A stretch of 64,000 bases of DNA from Marsupella aquatica. Lineage: Eukaryota > Plantae > Marchantiophyta. Within the stretch, counting starts at the first letter, position 1; every line of letters begins with the position of its first letter. The translations under genes were made by a program, and so were the position numbers. Location of the stretch: the NCBI GenBank assembly GCA_973895155.1, contig OZ316891.1, positions 6,791,708 through 6,855,707 of the forward strand, in the 5' to 3' direction. Below the pieces are notes generated by a model. The model was not told the DNA's origin. It searched no databases and was given only the letters and a program-made list of their open reading frames with translations. This document shows, in pieces, positions 38,567-52,060 of the stretch.

Positions 38567-40437
38567 ATGGTATTACCTCTAGCTTGCGTCGGTAGCGTGA
38601 GGGTAGTTGCCACCATGGGACGTGGAGTGGTCACAGGGGAGCAGCGTGGTGCCTTGATAGTTCTCGAGGGGCTGGATCGGAGCGGGAAAAGTTCCCAATG
38701 CAAGGCTCTGGCGACCTTTTTGCGATCACGAGGTGAGTCGGTGGAGGAGTGGCGATTCCCCGACCGAACTACAGAGATGGGACGAACGATCTCCTCTTAC
38801 CTGGCCGGGACCTCTGAGGTCGATGATGAGGCTGTCCATCTGCTGTTCTCTGCCAATCGGTGGGAGAAAAGGTGCATACCAACTCCAATAGGCACACAGT
38901 CCCTCAGTATTCGTGACACATTGGCTTCCGAGCTCGTTATTGGGTGCAATTGAGCTATATATTCTGTGTGTCACTGCAGAAAGTTGATGGAGGCCACCCT
39001 AAGCGCAGGAACAACTCTGGTAGTAGATCGCTATGCTTATTCTGGAGTGGCTTTCACAGCAGCGAAGGGACTCGACCTCGACTGGTGCAAGGTAAGAAAT
39101 CATCTGCGGCCAAATTTAGAGGTGTTATTGTTTTGCAGGTTCAAAGGGTTTAGAGTATAGAGTGACTCCTCCTCATCAAGAAAGAAGTCTAGCTCATCAT
39201 GGAGCCGTGTTTTGTACTTCAGTTTCTTTCCACACTTGCTGAACCCCTCTGTGTGGCGCATTATTGCATTTTCGTTCTCTCTGCACAGTACTTCTTTAGA
39301 CCGCTGTGAAGAATGAGACGGGTTATATGGGTTCCAGTCTTTGATTGCAAACTTGGATGATGAAATATATGTTTCTCCTCTTGTCCATAGTTGCGTTGAA
39401 TGCCTCGCCCTCATGGATTTTTCTACAATTGTGTTACGACCGGTAATTGCTCCTCCGCCTGCCATCCACGAGTGTACGAGATGAAGATTTTAACTGTGCT
39501 GATTTTGAATGTGAGATTGGTGGACTTGAAGATCGCCAGCTGATGCTATTCTCAGGAGTCCAGGTGCTTCATTTGTGTTCGTCCTTTATCTTATGTCTTG
39601 AACGTGCGGGTCTCGCAGGCACAGGACAAGGGGTTACCAGCGGCAGACTTAGTCCTCTATCTGGACATTCCACCGGAGGTAAGAACCAAAGCAAATTAGA
39701 GCCTTCACTACTGTTCTCTATGGTCCTTATTCTTAGTGGGACGCAACAGAGGCGCGCTCGCTGTAAACATGGACAACATAAATAGCTCCTGCGGCTAAGT
39801 GGTGACTTCACGAGAGCACTTCACAGCTTTGAAGTTCTCAAGAAAGGACCGTACAATTAACTGATTACAATTAAGTGATTGCTTGAGCAAATGCCTTCTG
39901 TTCTTTATCAGTTGGTTCATCATTGGTTACTTTGATTCACCATTGCATTCAACTCTAGTAGGTATAGTGGTGGAAACGTGTAGCTTATTCTAGTTCCTCC
40001 ATATTCTTGCTTGTCCATGTCATGGTCTAGGTGGCTGCACAGAGAGGAGAATATGGGCGGGAACGATATGAGAAATTAGAGTTTCAACAGAAAGTTGCTT
40101 CATATTATCAAGCATTGCAAGATTCAACCTGGCAGGTATGGCAAGAATCAGTAGAAGTTGTATTCAAGCATGATATGTGTTTATGAGGCGCAAATAAGTT
40201 CTTATTGTCAGCACCTGGCCATCATTGTAGTCTCCGTGCATATCACCCAAGCTGAGATTTCCGTGGCTTTGTGCTTTGCAGCAAGTGGATGCTTCCCAGT
40301 CTTTGGACGTGGTTCAGGAAGTGATAAGAGAAGCCTCCCTGAGTGTCATTGAGAGTTGTCGCTCAGGCAGTGAGCTATTGAGATTATGGCCGGTCAAAGG
40401 CTTCAAATTCCCTGATGCTCCCATTCTTTATCAGTAG
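38567..40437 (+). CDS. TMK: Thymidylate (dTMP) kinase. Exons 38567(or 38615)-38871, 38980-39091, 39619-39678, 40031-40135, 40282-40437
   Basis: [19 protein letters not shown]-loop, [57 protein letters not shown]; canonical introns in phase. Confidence 0.95.
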
Positions 40438-43400
40438 TTGCCACTTTCTGTACATTGGTCCGAAGACCCGGTTGACATGGGTATCCATCTTTGTTATTTT
40501 TAACGTTAACCATCCTTACTTCAATGAGCTTAGAGGTTGCCATCAATTTTAACGATCCCCTTTCTCTGTCCAGCTCTGTTGAGAAGTGTATAGACCACTG
40601 GAGAAAGCTTCAGTACCACTGCCATGGTTTCATCAGGACGAACCAATAGCAGGGAGATAGGTGACTATCGAAGGTGGGCCTCAACCAGGTTCAGAAATCA
40701 ACTATGGTTATTACCAACTGTAACACGTCGTTGTTCGACCAAGGCAACGTTTGTGTGTTATGGCGAAAGGGGAACGTTTCGATGTGCCGCACCCTAGCAC
40801 TAAGACTTCCTAGACCGTCTCTGATTCTGCAGGAAGAGAAGAATGCTTTCCTTGTTTTCGGACGAAAATTGAAAAGTTGGCAACCTTTCATGAATCTAAT
40901 GATGCCTTTTCCCGTCTATGAAGTCCTTGTCTTGCTTTGCTTTCGGGTTGCCCGGATTGGAAAGGCCGTTATGGGAAGATTGGTCACCGGAGAATTGGGA
41001 ATTCATGAAAGATAAGTGTTTTTGCATAGCCGACCGAGACCGTGACATTGGAATTTACCTCGAAAGGTCAAAGCAGGAGGATCGGCCAAGGGGAGGCTTA
41101 CAAGCCAGGCCCATCCTGGTATCCACCAAACTCTGCGGAAAATTCACATGTAGGAGGGCTCTGTATACTCTAGTTTTGGGATGGATTTCTGGGTTCAGGA
41201 TAGATTTGGGGCATTGAATGACTGGCCAGTTTCCTTGTTTGGAGATTGGGTTTTGGGTTCACGGGGCACTTGGAGCCTTGAATGACTGGCCGGTTTCCTT
41301 CAGGTTTTAATAGGAATCAGATTCTCGGATCAAATCGTCTTCCATCGTTTATCTATATCTTCCCACCCTGTCTGTTTGGCTGGTTGCTAGATCAAATTTG
41401 ATTCCCTTCTGCCGAACCTGTTTCAACTATCACTGAGATTATGTCTCATTGTGAATCCAAGTTGGTAGTGTTCTCAATCTGAGCATACTTGCCTGACGTA
41501 ACTTGGCCTCGTTGCTTTAGAGATTGGAATAGGACGACAAAAGTAAATTTCACAAAATGAGCTTTGGAATTATGAAGGCTTTGGTAAAGTTTTTGCCTTA
41601 AGTTAACTCAACTGGTCATGTTAGATCATGTGAAGGAAGTCTATCAACTGTAAATCAAACTTCAATGAGACAAAGTCGACTATGGTACAACTCGCTGTCC
41701 TCAAGAAATGTTGTACCCGAGCTAGATGGAATCTCAGGAAGTAACTTTGTTCTAGCCTTGCAGGCACTCAATCTGATAGCCAACCTTGATGGTGTCACAA
41801 TAATCTCAGGCTAGCAACCTGTAGCGGAGAAGCAATCGTTGATGGCCACTGCCAAGACAGCTCCTGCCGGTGCTGCCCCTGGAGCAAAGACAGCTCCAGC
41901 AGGTGCTGCCCCTGGAGCACAGATAGCGGTACCACCTGATGGACAACCACAGGTTATTTTCGTCCACCTCATCAAACGCGTTCGGTGATTTATGCAGTCC
42001 GCTAACTAATTAGTCCACATCTCAATTCTGTGTCTCTGGTTGAGTTATTCGAGCTTCCAGACACCTCATCAATCTTGTTCTATTATCTGCGGTCCGGCAA
42101 TTAATTTTTCTAACTCACTCTTTGCTGTAGATTTCAATTCCATGTACCATATCTAAAAGCGATTTGGAAAAAAACTCTCCCATGTATTTAGCTCACTATT
42201 TACTTTACATCTCAATTCTGTGTACACGGTGATTTCGAATTCCAGAGTAAGAGAAAGTTGTCCATGTAGCGACTCCTGTACCAAGAGCAGAACCAAAAGA
42301 CAATCTGGGATTCTTGAATTTGAGCCAACCCAGGAGGAATACAATATATACGTCCAGCAGCTGGACAATCCATACATAATCTCAAGGCCCTGCCAGTTCG
42401 ATTGTATCCTTGTGCTAAGATTGCCGATTTATGTTATCTGTCTCAGGATACAGAGAAGGAGATTCCGAAACCTAATGTGAAAACTATGCCAGTGACGGAA
42501 TATTTGGTGAGTGAAATACCGTGCCAACATAGACAATCCTCCAACACAATGTTTCATGCTTTAAGATAAACTTAGTGTCACAGATACACAGATGTGAGTA
42601 TCTGAGGCATCCAAACTAAAACACATATCAGACGTAATGATTCAAACTTGTTATATATGGTTATATAATCTTGAACTTGGGTGCTTTGTGGGGGTTAACT
42701 TGAAGAAAGAGAACTCACCCTGTTAGTAATGATGTATATTGTATTCTCTTCCCAACTACAGATCCTGGACGATGATAGTCTTTCCATCTGGCAAAATGGA
42801 AGCATTTAGTTGCAATCTAGGAACCCCCTCATTCCTGTTTTCTCAAACTCACATATAGCCTCAAAGCAGTAAGGAAGTCAATGATCCTGTACTTTGAAAA
42901 AAAAACCATCCTTGAAAGGTGGAGCCCTTGAGTAGTTTTAATATTGTTGTGGCAAATCTGAGTGGGAAGCAATGTGACGAGTATAAGACATATGTTGCAT
43001 GTTTATGTTACTCAGGCAATGGTTGACAAGATGCTTCAGAAAGGATTGGAAATCATGGTTGTTGAAAGGTATGCAAATCCCTACCAGTGCCTTGAAATAA
43101 GGTATAAAGTTTACAGCATTTAAGAGGTCTTTGTGTTTGTGGATTGTGCTTCAACGGAAAAGTTGAAGTGTGCACTTTTGAAAACCTTTCACAAGCCTGT
43201 TGTTTTATGTCCATAAGCCTCTCCTGTGTGTAAGCACCCTTTATAATGTCTTCATAGAAACTTGGGCCAATAAAGAACTAGATTTACAACATCTACTTCA
43301 GCAAGACTTGGGTTTAAGAGACTTACCATGGAAGAGTAACTTGCATTTTGGTCCCCAAAGAAGCAGAAAAGCTTCTGACAGGGACATAATTAGATAAATA

Positions 43401-44844
43401 CTCCTAAGTGTAAATTTTAGAGTAAAAACTTGGGAATGATTTGGTAAAAAAAAACATGAGTGCAGGCCAGAGAATCCAGTTCAATTCTTATCAAACTACT
43501 TGAAAGAGAATGACACTCAGAAAAGGCCTCCCCAATTTTATAGAGCTGGTCCTCCAGCTGCCAAGTCAGCCTGTGGTTGCCGACCAGGGCCTCCACTGCC
43601 TTGCACTTCATGTGGGTGTTTCAAAGAGCCTGGCTGGGAACCCAATCCTGAATTTCCACCGGTAGCCTGGCCAAACAAAACATCGATTGAGTTTGTACAG
43701 GCAATAGATACAATTGCACTACCTTGAAGGATCAGATAGGATTCAATTCCCATTGGAATTGGAAGGAGGGCCTCTCCTCTCCATTCCACTCTCCGTTAGG
43801 TGAAGTGGTGGATCATGTGAACTTGAGCTGGGAGGATGATGTGGCTAATGTGGGAGTCCACAGACTGGCAGTGTCAGGAGATGTCATTAGCCATTTCATC
43901 CTCCCAGCTAGACAGTATTGGATCCAGTAGAGCAAGCTAGGGAGACAGTAAGCTTTGGAGATTGCTAGTCTGTGCTACTGGATCCAATATTAAGAAAACG
44001 TAGATTAGGCAAGCTTTCAAGAAAGACACCTGGTCATATTAGTTTCTTTCATAGTAGTCACCAAGGTTGAAATGGTGCTCACTTGAACTGTAGATAGAAA
44101 CCTTGCAACCTGGATGGACTAATTGGGAGTATTCTCTATGACATTGGGAGTAATTCAGACCTGCTAAAATTCATGGGAGAGTTTTGGGGATTTGAACTGA
44201 GAGGTCCATCCACACACACCCAGGATAGACTAAGTACAAATGTTTTCTGTGAGATTGTGAGTAGAAATGAGAGCTGTCCTGGTTGCAAAACTCCACGCGA
44301 GCATTTTGTGAAGCTGTGTAGCCCATCATGAATCTGGTCAGCAGTTTTCCAACCCTATTCATTGTTGGCAAGATATGCCACTATGTTAGTCTTTTGCCAA
44401 AAACCTTTTAGAGTCCTGCAACTCCAGTGATAGATGTGTCTGTACACTTATAGATGGAAATGCACTTATGTATTTGTCGTTTATTGCTGACATTTTGTCT
44501 GTGAGTGAGGCTAAATGTGTACTTATGCAAACTACATTTTTGTGTACATTTACAAATAACATAGCTGTCATGTTAGGGGGCTACTTCCTCTGCCTCCACA
44601 CTGCACATTTGGTGCATGCATTTGCAAAGGAAATTGTTGTCATATTAAGGGACTACATGGTCTGCCTGCACTTCTCCACTGTTTTTTGGTGTATTTAGAA
44701 TAAAGATTGCTGTCATGTTAGGGAGCTACATTGTTATTGTTTGGTGCAGTTAGAGATGGTTCTTTGTAGTAAGTGCAGGAGAGGTCTATCTGGGGAAAGC
44801 AGAGTGTGGAAGAAATGGACCGGAGAGGGCCGTTTCACTTGTGA

Positions 44845-45235
44845 CTACCATATTCGCCCGAACGCAATGCCCTAAAATGGACATTTTTAGGCATCAATAA
44901 GAAAAGTATTTTTTTCTTCAAACACAACATCATTTAACTCAGCTTCCAGGCGTTGTGGTTGAATATTGGCATTGTGTTCGAGTTGGACAGTGTGTTCGAG
45001 ATTTGACCCTAACCTGTTCTACATTGAGCACAAATAGAAAAGAAATAAAAAATCATATGCCAGTGCAAATATTCAAACACAACGTCAATATTCGAACACA
45101 ACTCCCATTTTCAAACACAACGCCCTGCAAATACAAAAAATGAAAACACCACCCCCATTGCACTATTCGAATAGAGCGCCCCATGGTCCACTATTCAAAT
45201 ACAAGGCCATGGTGTTGTGTTTGAGAAGAAAAAGG
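44845..45235. mobile_element. Degenerate MITE copy, homologous (inverted) to the element at 51263-51658
   Basis: tcaaacacaacatc.tttaactca, gagttggaca, tttgaccctaa and tgagcacaa are shared in reverse complement with ~51490-51660. Confidence 0.55.
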
Positions 45236-45520
45236 TACATTGTTCAGCGTAGCCATTTTCAAGGTCTACTTGCAAATTAGTGTTAGTCACACTAATTTTG
45301 TGCTAACACTATTTCCGCGAACATGAATTAGTGTTACTATGGTTTCAAGAGTGGAAAAATAGAGGGAAAAACACTTGTTTTGAAAAATACTAACAATTAG
45401 TGTTACTTTGGACTCAAGACACTACATTTTTTACTAGCAATATAAAAAAAATTGGAAGAAAACTGTTGAGAAAAACCTACAAAAATCAGTGTTACTTGGA
45501 TTCAAAATTAATTTTACCAA

Positions 45521-45812
45521 AAATAGTGTTAATAAGACTAATTTTGTACTAACACTAATTTTTGCATGACACTAATTAAGTTGAGCATTGTAGATTTGTA
45601 AGATTGGAATTGAACAAATAGGGTGTTAATAACACTAATTTTGTACTAACCCTAATTCTTGCATGACACTAATTAAGGTGAGCATTGTAGATTTTTTAGA
45701 TTGGAATTGAACAAATGGGGTGTTAATAACACCAATTTTGTATTGACCCTTATTCTTGCATGACACTAATAAAGGTGAGCATTGTACAGTAGATTTGTTT
45801 AGATTGGAATTG
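45521..45812 (+). repeat. Minisatellite, ~3 copies of a ~97-bp unit
   Basis: gtgttaataacactaattttgtactaac...gcatgacactaat...gagcattgta...agattggaattg repeated. Confidence 0.85.
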
Positions 45813-47167
45813 GCATGAGGGCGCGAGGATAGAGGACGGTGGGAGCAGGGCGATGGCTAGTGTGGCACGGAAGGTTGAGTGAAGCTTAGGCCAGGAGACG
45901 GGAACGAATTTGCAGACAATTGCCATCTACTGGTTCTCAACGTTGCCGCCTTCTACACTAGAGTGTTCGCTGCAGCCATCACAGAGCACCTTTCGAAGGT
46001 CGGTTTCCTTCTTCAGTTTTGGGTTTTGCATTTTTTTGGGTCCCAGAGATGTGTAGATCAGGTCTTCGTTTCTCTCCTGATTCTTGTTTGTGTCTGTGCT
46101 CGTCATTTGGTTGTCTTTCTTCCCTGATTCTCTGCGTGTGCCGTGCTGAATTGTGGATGAGGTTCGTCTTTCCTTCCCTTCGTCTTTGTATGTGTGATTT
46201 TCGCAATTGTGTTGCCAAGGGCGGCCTCTCATTTGTAGAGTAGGTCTGCCTTTCCTTCATTCTTCTTAAGCGTGATTGATCTTCTGGATTTGGGGATTTT
46301 GTATCTGCCTTTCTTCTTCTTTCTTCTATTGTTCGTTCTCTGTGTAACCTCACAATTTTTTGGAAATAAGCTCAGTTTCTCATTACCCGGTTTCTTCATT
46401 CTTCTTAGTGTGCTTGGTCCTCTAGATTTTGGGGTTTTTGTATCCGCCTTTCGTCTTCTATTCTCCTTTCTTTGTGTAACCCCACAATTTTGGAAATAAG
46501 TTTTTGTGTACCCGTTTTCCTCTGTTTCTGTCAGTGGCCGAGGTCGGGCAGAGGGTCATATACCTCTTTGAAGTGTTGGACTCTCACGCTGACGATGGCA
46601 AAGAGAGACACCACGGGTTACGGTCTAGGGTGTGGGATACGGAAGTACTGACCAATAGTGGGTGGACGTCTTGTATAAACGGCTGACATTTGTATGTGGT
46701 GGACAGGAGTGCAACAATTCTTATCTTGCATCTCTATTTTACATTGGCACCCTTGAAAGGTCACGCGTGAGGACTTTTCTGAAGAGAATGCTTGCTGAGG
46801 GGACAAAAGCTGATAGGTTCGATTATACAAATAATCTTAAGCAAGGGTGATGATCTGGAAAGATTATCACATCAGCTAGTTGCTAGGCGGATTGAGATGA
46901 TATATAGGGCATCGAACTCTCCAATAACAAGTAGGGATTCGAGTCAGAGACAAACTCTAGAGAGGAGCCTTCCGAACGGGGCCGCGGAGAGAACATGTTC
47001 TCATTGCCATTTGGAGTTTGAGGCGAGTCGTCGAAATACGAAGAGAAAGTAGTACACCGGCACAGCTCGGGTCAAAAGCCGTTTTGGTGGGATCGAGGTG
47101 TTTAAAAGTCTATAAGGGGTCATTGGCTTCTGGATTACAGTAGCTCTTAGAGGTCAGTGGTCACACG

Positions 47168-48475
47168 ATGGTATCTGAGACAACGACACCGCAATCGTCC
47201 ACAAGTCTCGAATTGGTGGCGACAAGCACAAGCTCTACGGGAATGGAGAGAGCCGAGCATTTGAAGCATCTGGAGAGAGGGAGCCTTCTCCCAGTCTTAC
47301 CTGATGAGATTACAACCAACGTAATCCTTCCAAGACTCTCATGGAGGGCACTGAGGAAATCGGCCCAGCTGAACTGTGCTTGGCGAGCCGCCGTACGAAG
47401 TCCAAACGTCTATGAATTGCGTGCCCAAGTCAGCAACTCGCAGACTATTATTGTGACCACTGCTCTATTCGAATACAGCCCCTCTCTCTATGACACTGCC
47501 ACAGGAACTTGGCATCGTCTTCCTCGTCCATTTAATTTTGTGGGGGTTCCTCGTGGTTGTGGCTGTGTGTCCCTCAAAGGAAAGTTGTACATTCTTGGGG
47601 GTAATGGAAAGCACTATCTACCTAGAGACGACGTTCACGTCTTTGATCTAGCTGGTCAGGGCCAGTGGAAGCATTGTGCCAGCATGAAGAACGGTCGCAA
47701 GTATTTTGCCTGTGCGGCATATAATGGGAAGATCTATGTCTTCGGAGGACCTGGGGCAGGAAACGCGGCAGAAGTCTACGACCCAGATCAGGATTTGTGG
47801 TGTGACATTGCACCTATGTTATCGCACAGGACTGAACATAAAGTGGTAATTATTGGTGACGTGTTTTGTGTACACATGGGTAGATTCTTGGAGGTGGACA
47901 GTTATGGCAACACGAAGGGGCATTATGCGCATTTTGCAGAAATCTATGATCCTGGCAAGGATCACTGGACAGCAGTGGCAAACTTCGGCAATGACGATTC
48001 GCCTAAAGAGAAAGGTGTGGACGTGGCAGAAGCTGCAGTTGTGATCGATGGAAGACTCCATGGGATTCTGGACGACTGGTTGTATGTGTATGAGGAGCCA
48101 CCCAACCCCAGTAAAAGCTCTGAAAGTCTTACTTGGAACGGTTCCGGCTTGTGGAAAGCTGTACAACCGATCTCGTGGGATGTTTTTCAGAGTCCAGCAA
48201 CTCCCATCTTTAACCCCTATGCACGACTAGCATTAGCCATTACCAACGATGGGGAACTACTAGCGTTAGTGTTTGGCCGAACAGGTTGTCAGGATAACAA
48301 CAGGCAATGGACATTTCTCAGAAGTAAAGGGTTAGGGTCTGTGGGCCAGACATTAACATGGGAGAGAATCGAACCGCCTGCTCGGTCAACAGCAAAAGGC
48401 TTATCTTCAAGGATATTTTGTGTACCCCATTTTCAGGTCTCTTCTTGCATGACGAGTATTGAAGGATCATGGTGA
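47168..48475 (+). CDS. Intronless F-box/kelch-repeat protein
   Basis: SLLPVLPDEITTNVILPRL...AWRAAV F-box; kelch repeats GKLYILGG, WKHCASMKNGRKYFACAAYNGKIYVFGG, AEVYDPDQDLWCDIAPM, AEIYDPGKDHW. Confidence 0.92.
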   Translation: MVSETTTPQSSTSLELVATSTSSTGMERAEHLKHLERGSLLPVLPDEITTNVILPRLSWRALRKSAQLNCAWRAAVRSPNVYELRAQVSNSQTIIVTTALFEYSPSLYDTATGTWHRLPRPFNFVGVPRGCGCVSLKGKLYILGGNGKHYLPRDDVHVFDLAGQGQWKHCASMKNGRKYFACAAYNGKIYVFGGPGAGNAAEVYDPDQDLWCDIAPMLSHRTEHKVVIIGDVFCVHMGRFLEVDSYGNTKGHYAHFAEIYDPGKDHWTAVANFGNDDSPKEKGVDVAEAAVVIDGRLHGILDDWLYVYEEPPNPSKSSESLTWNGSGLWKAVQPISWDVFQSPATPIFNPYARLALAITNDGELLALVFGRTGCQDNNRQWTFLRSKGLGSVGQTLTWERIEPPARSTAKGLSSRIFCVPHFQVSSCMTSIEGSW

Positions 48476-48713
48476 CTTAGCCAGGATGATAGTGGTCCTT
48501 GCATACTACGCTTCGATTTACCTATAAAAACAAGGATAGCGTTTGCGATTTTAATCTAGTAGGCTCTGCCTGTTATTTTTCTGTCTGATCGTATGTCCCC
48601 GTTCAACCTGGATAGTGTAATTTTGGGATGTTTCGAAAGACTTTATGACCGAACTTAAATTAACTGGTAAATCCTGGATATCGTTTTTGTGTGCAATTTC
48701 AACTACAGAATGT

Positions 48714-48853
48714 GCTATTCCCTGGTCAACCGGTATTGTTGTGGGCTTTGTTTGTTTATCTCCTATTCCCTAGTCAACCGGTATTGTTGTGGGCTTTGTT
48801 TGTTTATCTCCTATTCCAAGCACTGACTCTTTGCTATTCCCTAGTCAACCGGT
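48714..48853 (+). repeat. Short tandem repeat (~48-bp unit)
   Basis: ctattccct.gtcaaccggt three times; attgttgtgggctttgtttgtttatctc twice. Confidence 0.8.
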
Positions 48854-51262
48854 GCTCTTTTCGAGCTCGGATTATTGGGCTATGATTCATATTTTCAGTA
48901 CAACCTTACATGATTGTGCTGTTCCTCCTATTGGTGTATTTGCTCCGCTTAGTGGGTATTTTTGGGAGGGTACCCTCTATCCTGTACCCACTGGCACGCG
49001 CCATAGAGAAACCCTCCCAAAAGTACCCGCGCTCTCTGCATACTAAGCAGAGACCTGCATGACGTCTCAAAAAAATGCCTGGGAAAAAAATATCTTGTTC
49101 CCGCGCAGCGTCCAACAAAATAAAATGTGTATTTGAATGAAGACTCTACGGACAATTTGCTGTAGGCATTGCCGTCTCATTTCAAGTAACAATCATGAGA
49201 AACTCGCATGAAAATTCAATGTCACGGCACTGTTGCCTCACCCTCTACCCTCGTCATTGGCAGCTCGATGGGCCACAGGAGAGGGACTTTACATATTAGA
49301 CGATGTTTTGGAGAAGGAGTATCCTTCTCTGTTCGAATTAAATTTGGCATACACAGTAGCGTTCCTTCTCATCTCAAACTGGAGTCAGGAAAACGTCGAA
49401 TGCAAATGCACTCCGTGTCCCGTCACAGCACCTTCATCTACACTGGAGCATGAAGGGCTTGCATCATATTCGATGAGTGGAACAAGAGCACAAAATATTC
49501 TAATCCCACACAAACTACTATCAAAATCCTTGCATATCGAATATGCCGTTGCCACAAAGCTTGGAGTACCAGGCAGGCTTCATTACCGGGCAGGCTAGTC
49601 GAGGAATCCTCACAATTAACTTCTCATGTAGCCTCTCGGAGCGAAGAATTAGCACAAAAGTGACAATCCTACTGAACTTCCTTCAGGCGTCGCTAACACA
49701 CCATGCTCATACTCTGAAGGTACTCGGTTGAACCCACAGGTAATTCAGTATATGGTGCACGAATAGAAAACAAATCAACCACTCTGTCCGTTTATATCAC
49801 AAGAGAGTAAGAACATGAATCCGGGTGGGACGAGGACGACTAAGTATTGCGATGTAGTTTAGCTCGAAGACCAGTGGCATAATGGTCTAAGGCTGATGTC
49901 AACGCGTTTAATAAACGAATTGTATCAGTTTTCAGCCCCACGGAGAGGAAGTTGAAGTCCATAACCAATTCGGTAGCAACCACACGTCCACAACTCAGGG
50001 ACACCAAAGCAAAACCACTTACACTGATGAAAATCTTCTCTCCTCCGATTGGAGAACAGAACCAAGAATAAGGCACAAGGTGGACAAAAAGCAACCTCGT
50101 GTACACAGGAGGTGCTGCGTCCTCCAACGATCTAACCTAAGCCAGTAATCGAGTCCACAGTGGACAGCCGAACGAAAGATGCCTCAAACGAAATGTGCTG
50201 AAGGAGCGAAGCCAGAATTCATAGTAAGAAGACTGTTATTAGCCCTCGGCATCCGTCCGTATACGAGCGCCTTATGTCATCTCCCAAAATTAAGCTTTTG
50301 GCAGTGAAAAGGTTGCACTCGAAAAAAAATAGGATCGGCTCTGACCGAATCATGCCGAAAAAAACAAGTAGAGCTGACTGTAGTGATGTACGTAACTCGA
50401 AGCTGTTGAATGTATGCAACAACGGGCTTTAGAGCATCACACGTTTCTATGGGGGCTACCCTTGACTCACCTGCCGATTGACAGTCAGGCGAAGAGTGAA
50501 TAGATCACCAGGAACCCCACAAGAAGTGAGCACTTGGACGCGAGGTTGAGGCTTCAACCTTCACTGCACCAAATCTACTGAACAGACGTGCCATCTACAG
50601 AGCAATCAATCCAAACCCACATGGCTACACCACCGAATCCACAAGGACGACCTAGAAACACGAGAAAGTATCGGCAACAACCTCAGACAATCGATTCAAC
50701 CGCATCTACCGAGATAACAGACCAAATCCACATACCTCCGCAACCAGTCACAAAAACGACCAAAAACCATGACGAAACATCGGCAGCAACCGGATAGAAA
50801 ACATTCCACAATCTACAGAAACTCATCGTTCTTGTACTGATCTCCATGGACGAGCGCGAGTGTCCGCGGACGAAGAAATTGACCCACAGTTTGGCGGTTC
50901 TCGTGCTCTGAAGCCATTCCATTCCATTCCTTTGACGCCTCCGTTCCTTCTGGATTTGTAGGGCTCGTATCTTCTAGGGTTCGTATCTTCTAGGGTTTCA
51001 AAAGGCGAAGGTTGAAATTCGGCGTCGGTAGCTCGTGTTATTACTTAGGGTTGGGTTCCATGGGCGGGGGGTGGGGAGTACGAGCACTCCGTTTAACACC
51101 CCCTAGCCCCAAATAAAATGGAGGGATTTGTTTGATGGGACCCTGAGTGATCCTGACCATTGATTGACCTTGAATCAAGGTACCCAAAATTTTAGGGGTC
51201 CTATTAAATAACATAATTCATTTTGGGGTCTCATCAAGCATATCACTCAATACAATGTACTA

Positions 51263-51658
51263 CTGTCTCCCCAAACCACAGCCATGGGGGGCTCAATTAT
51301 CCCTTATCCCAATTATTCGAATTCAAACACGACAATATTTGAACACTACATCTATTTTTGAACACAAAGAAAAGCATGAAAACATATAGCCAAACTCAAT
51401 TACAATGCTATATGTTTTCATTTTTTGTTTGTGTTCAAAAATAGATGTAGTCTTTTAATATTGGTGTTGTCCTATATTAATGGATTCTGTACCTATTGTG
51501 CTCAGTGTATAATAATTTAGGGTCAAAATTTGGAGTGTCCAACTCAAACAAAACACTCAGATTTGAGTTAAATAGATGTTGTGTTTGAGTTAAAATGCCT
51601 TTTCTGTCATGGGACCCCAAAATTTACATTTTGCAGCACAACGCCATGGCAAAGACAG
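51263..51658. mobile_element. ~400-bp MITE with short TIRs and TA TSD (Tc1/mariner-pogo-like)
   Basis: TA|CTGTCT ... AGACAG|TA; subterminal gccatgg at both ends; internal palindrome at ~51345-51450. Confidence 0.55.
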
Positions 51659-51779
51659 TAGCCTAATTACCTGTTCGTTGAACATATTTAAATAGAGATG
51701 AGAAGATAAACAGCCTGTTCATCTTTGCCCCATCCAAATTTTTTTGTCTGCACTATTATGCCCTCATGGTCCAGAAGCT

Positions 51780-52060
51780 TATTAACTCTCCTCAATTATG
51801 CCCTCAACTAGAGTTATGTTAGAGTCGCAGTCTACAAGCTTTAACTCTCCTCAGTTATGCCCTCAGTTAGAGTCACAGTCTAGACATTTCAATCTCCTCA
51901 GAATGCCCTCATTTAGAGTCACAATCTATATGCTTCACTTTAGATAGTAGACAAGCTTAATTCTCCTCAGTTATGTCCCCCCATCCGTGGGGTAAACTCC
52001 AAATTAAAAATAAAAAATAAAATCTCCTCAGTTATGCCCTCAGTTAGAGTCACGGTCTAA
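51780..52060 (+). repeat. Degenerate tandem repeat (ctcctcagttatgccctcagttagagtc unit, ~5 copies)
   Basis: Directly visible repeats. Confidence 0.8.

Noticed and set aside
45521-45812. Regular repeats here (and at 51780-52060, 58740-59025) as a CRISPR-like array
   Set aside because: Whole units repeat without unique spacers; eukaryotic context, no cas genes.
44845-51658. Inverted MITE copies as ends of a composite element carrying the F-box gene
   Set aside because: The copies are highly diverged and each appears self-contained; independent insertions are simpler.
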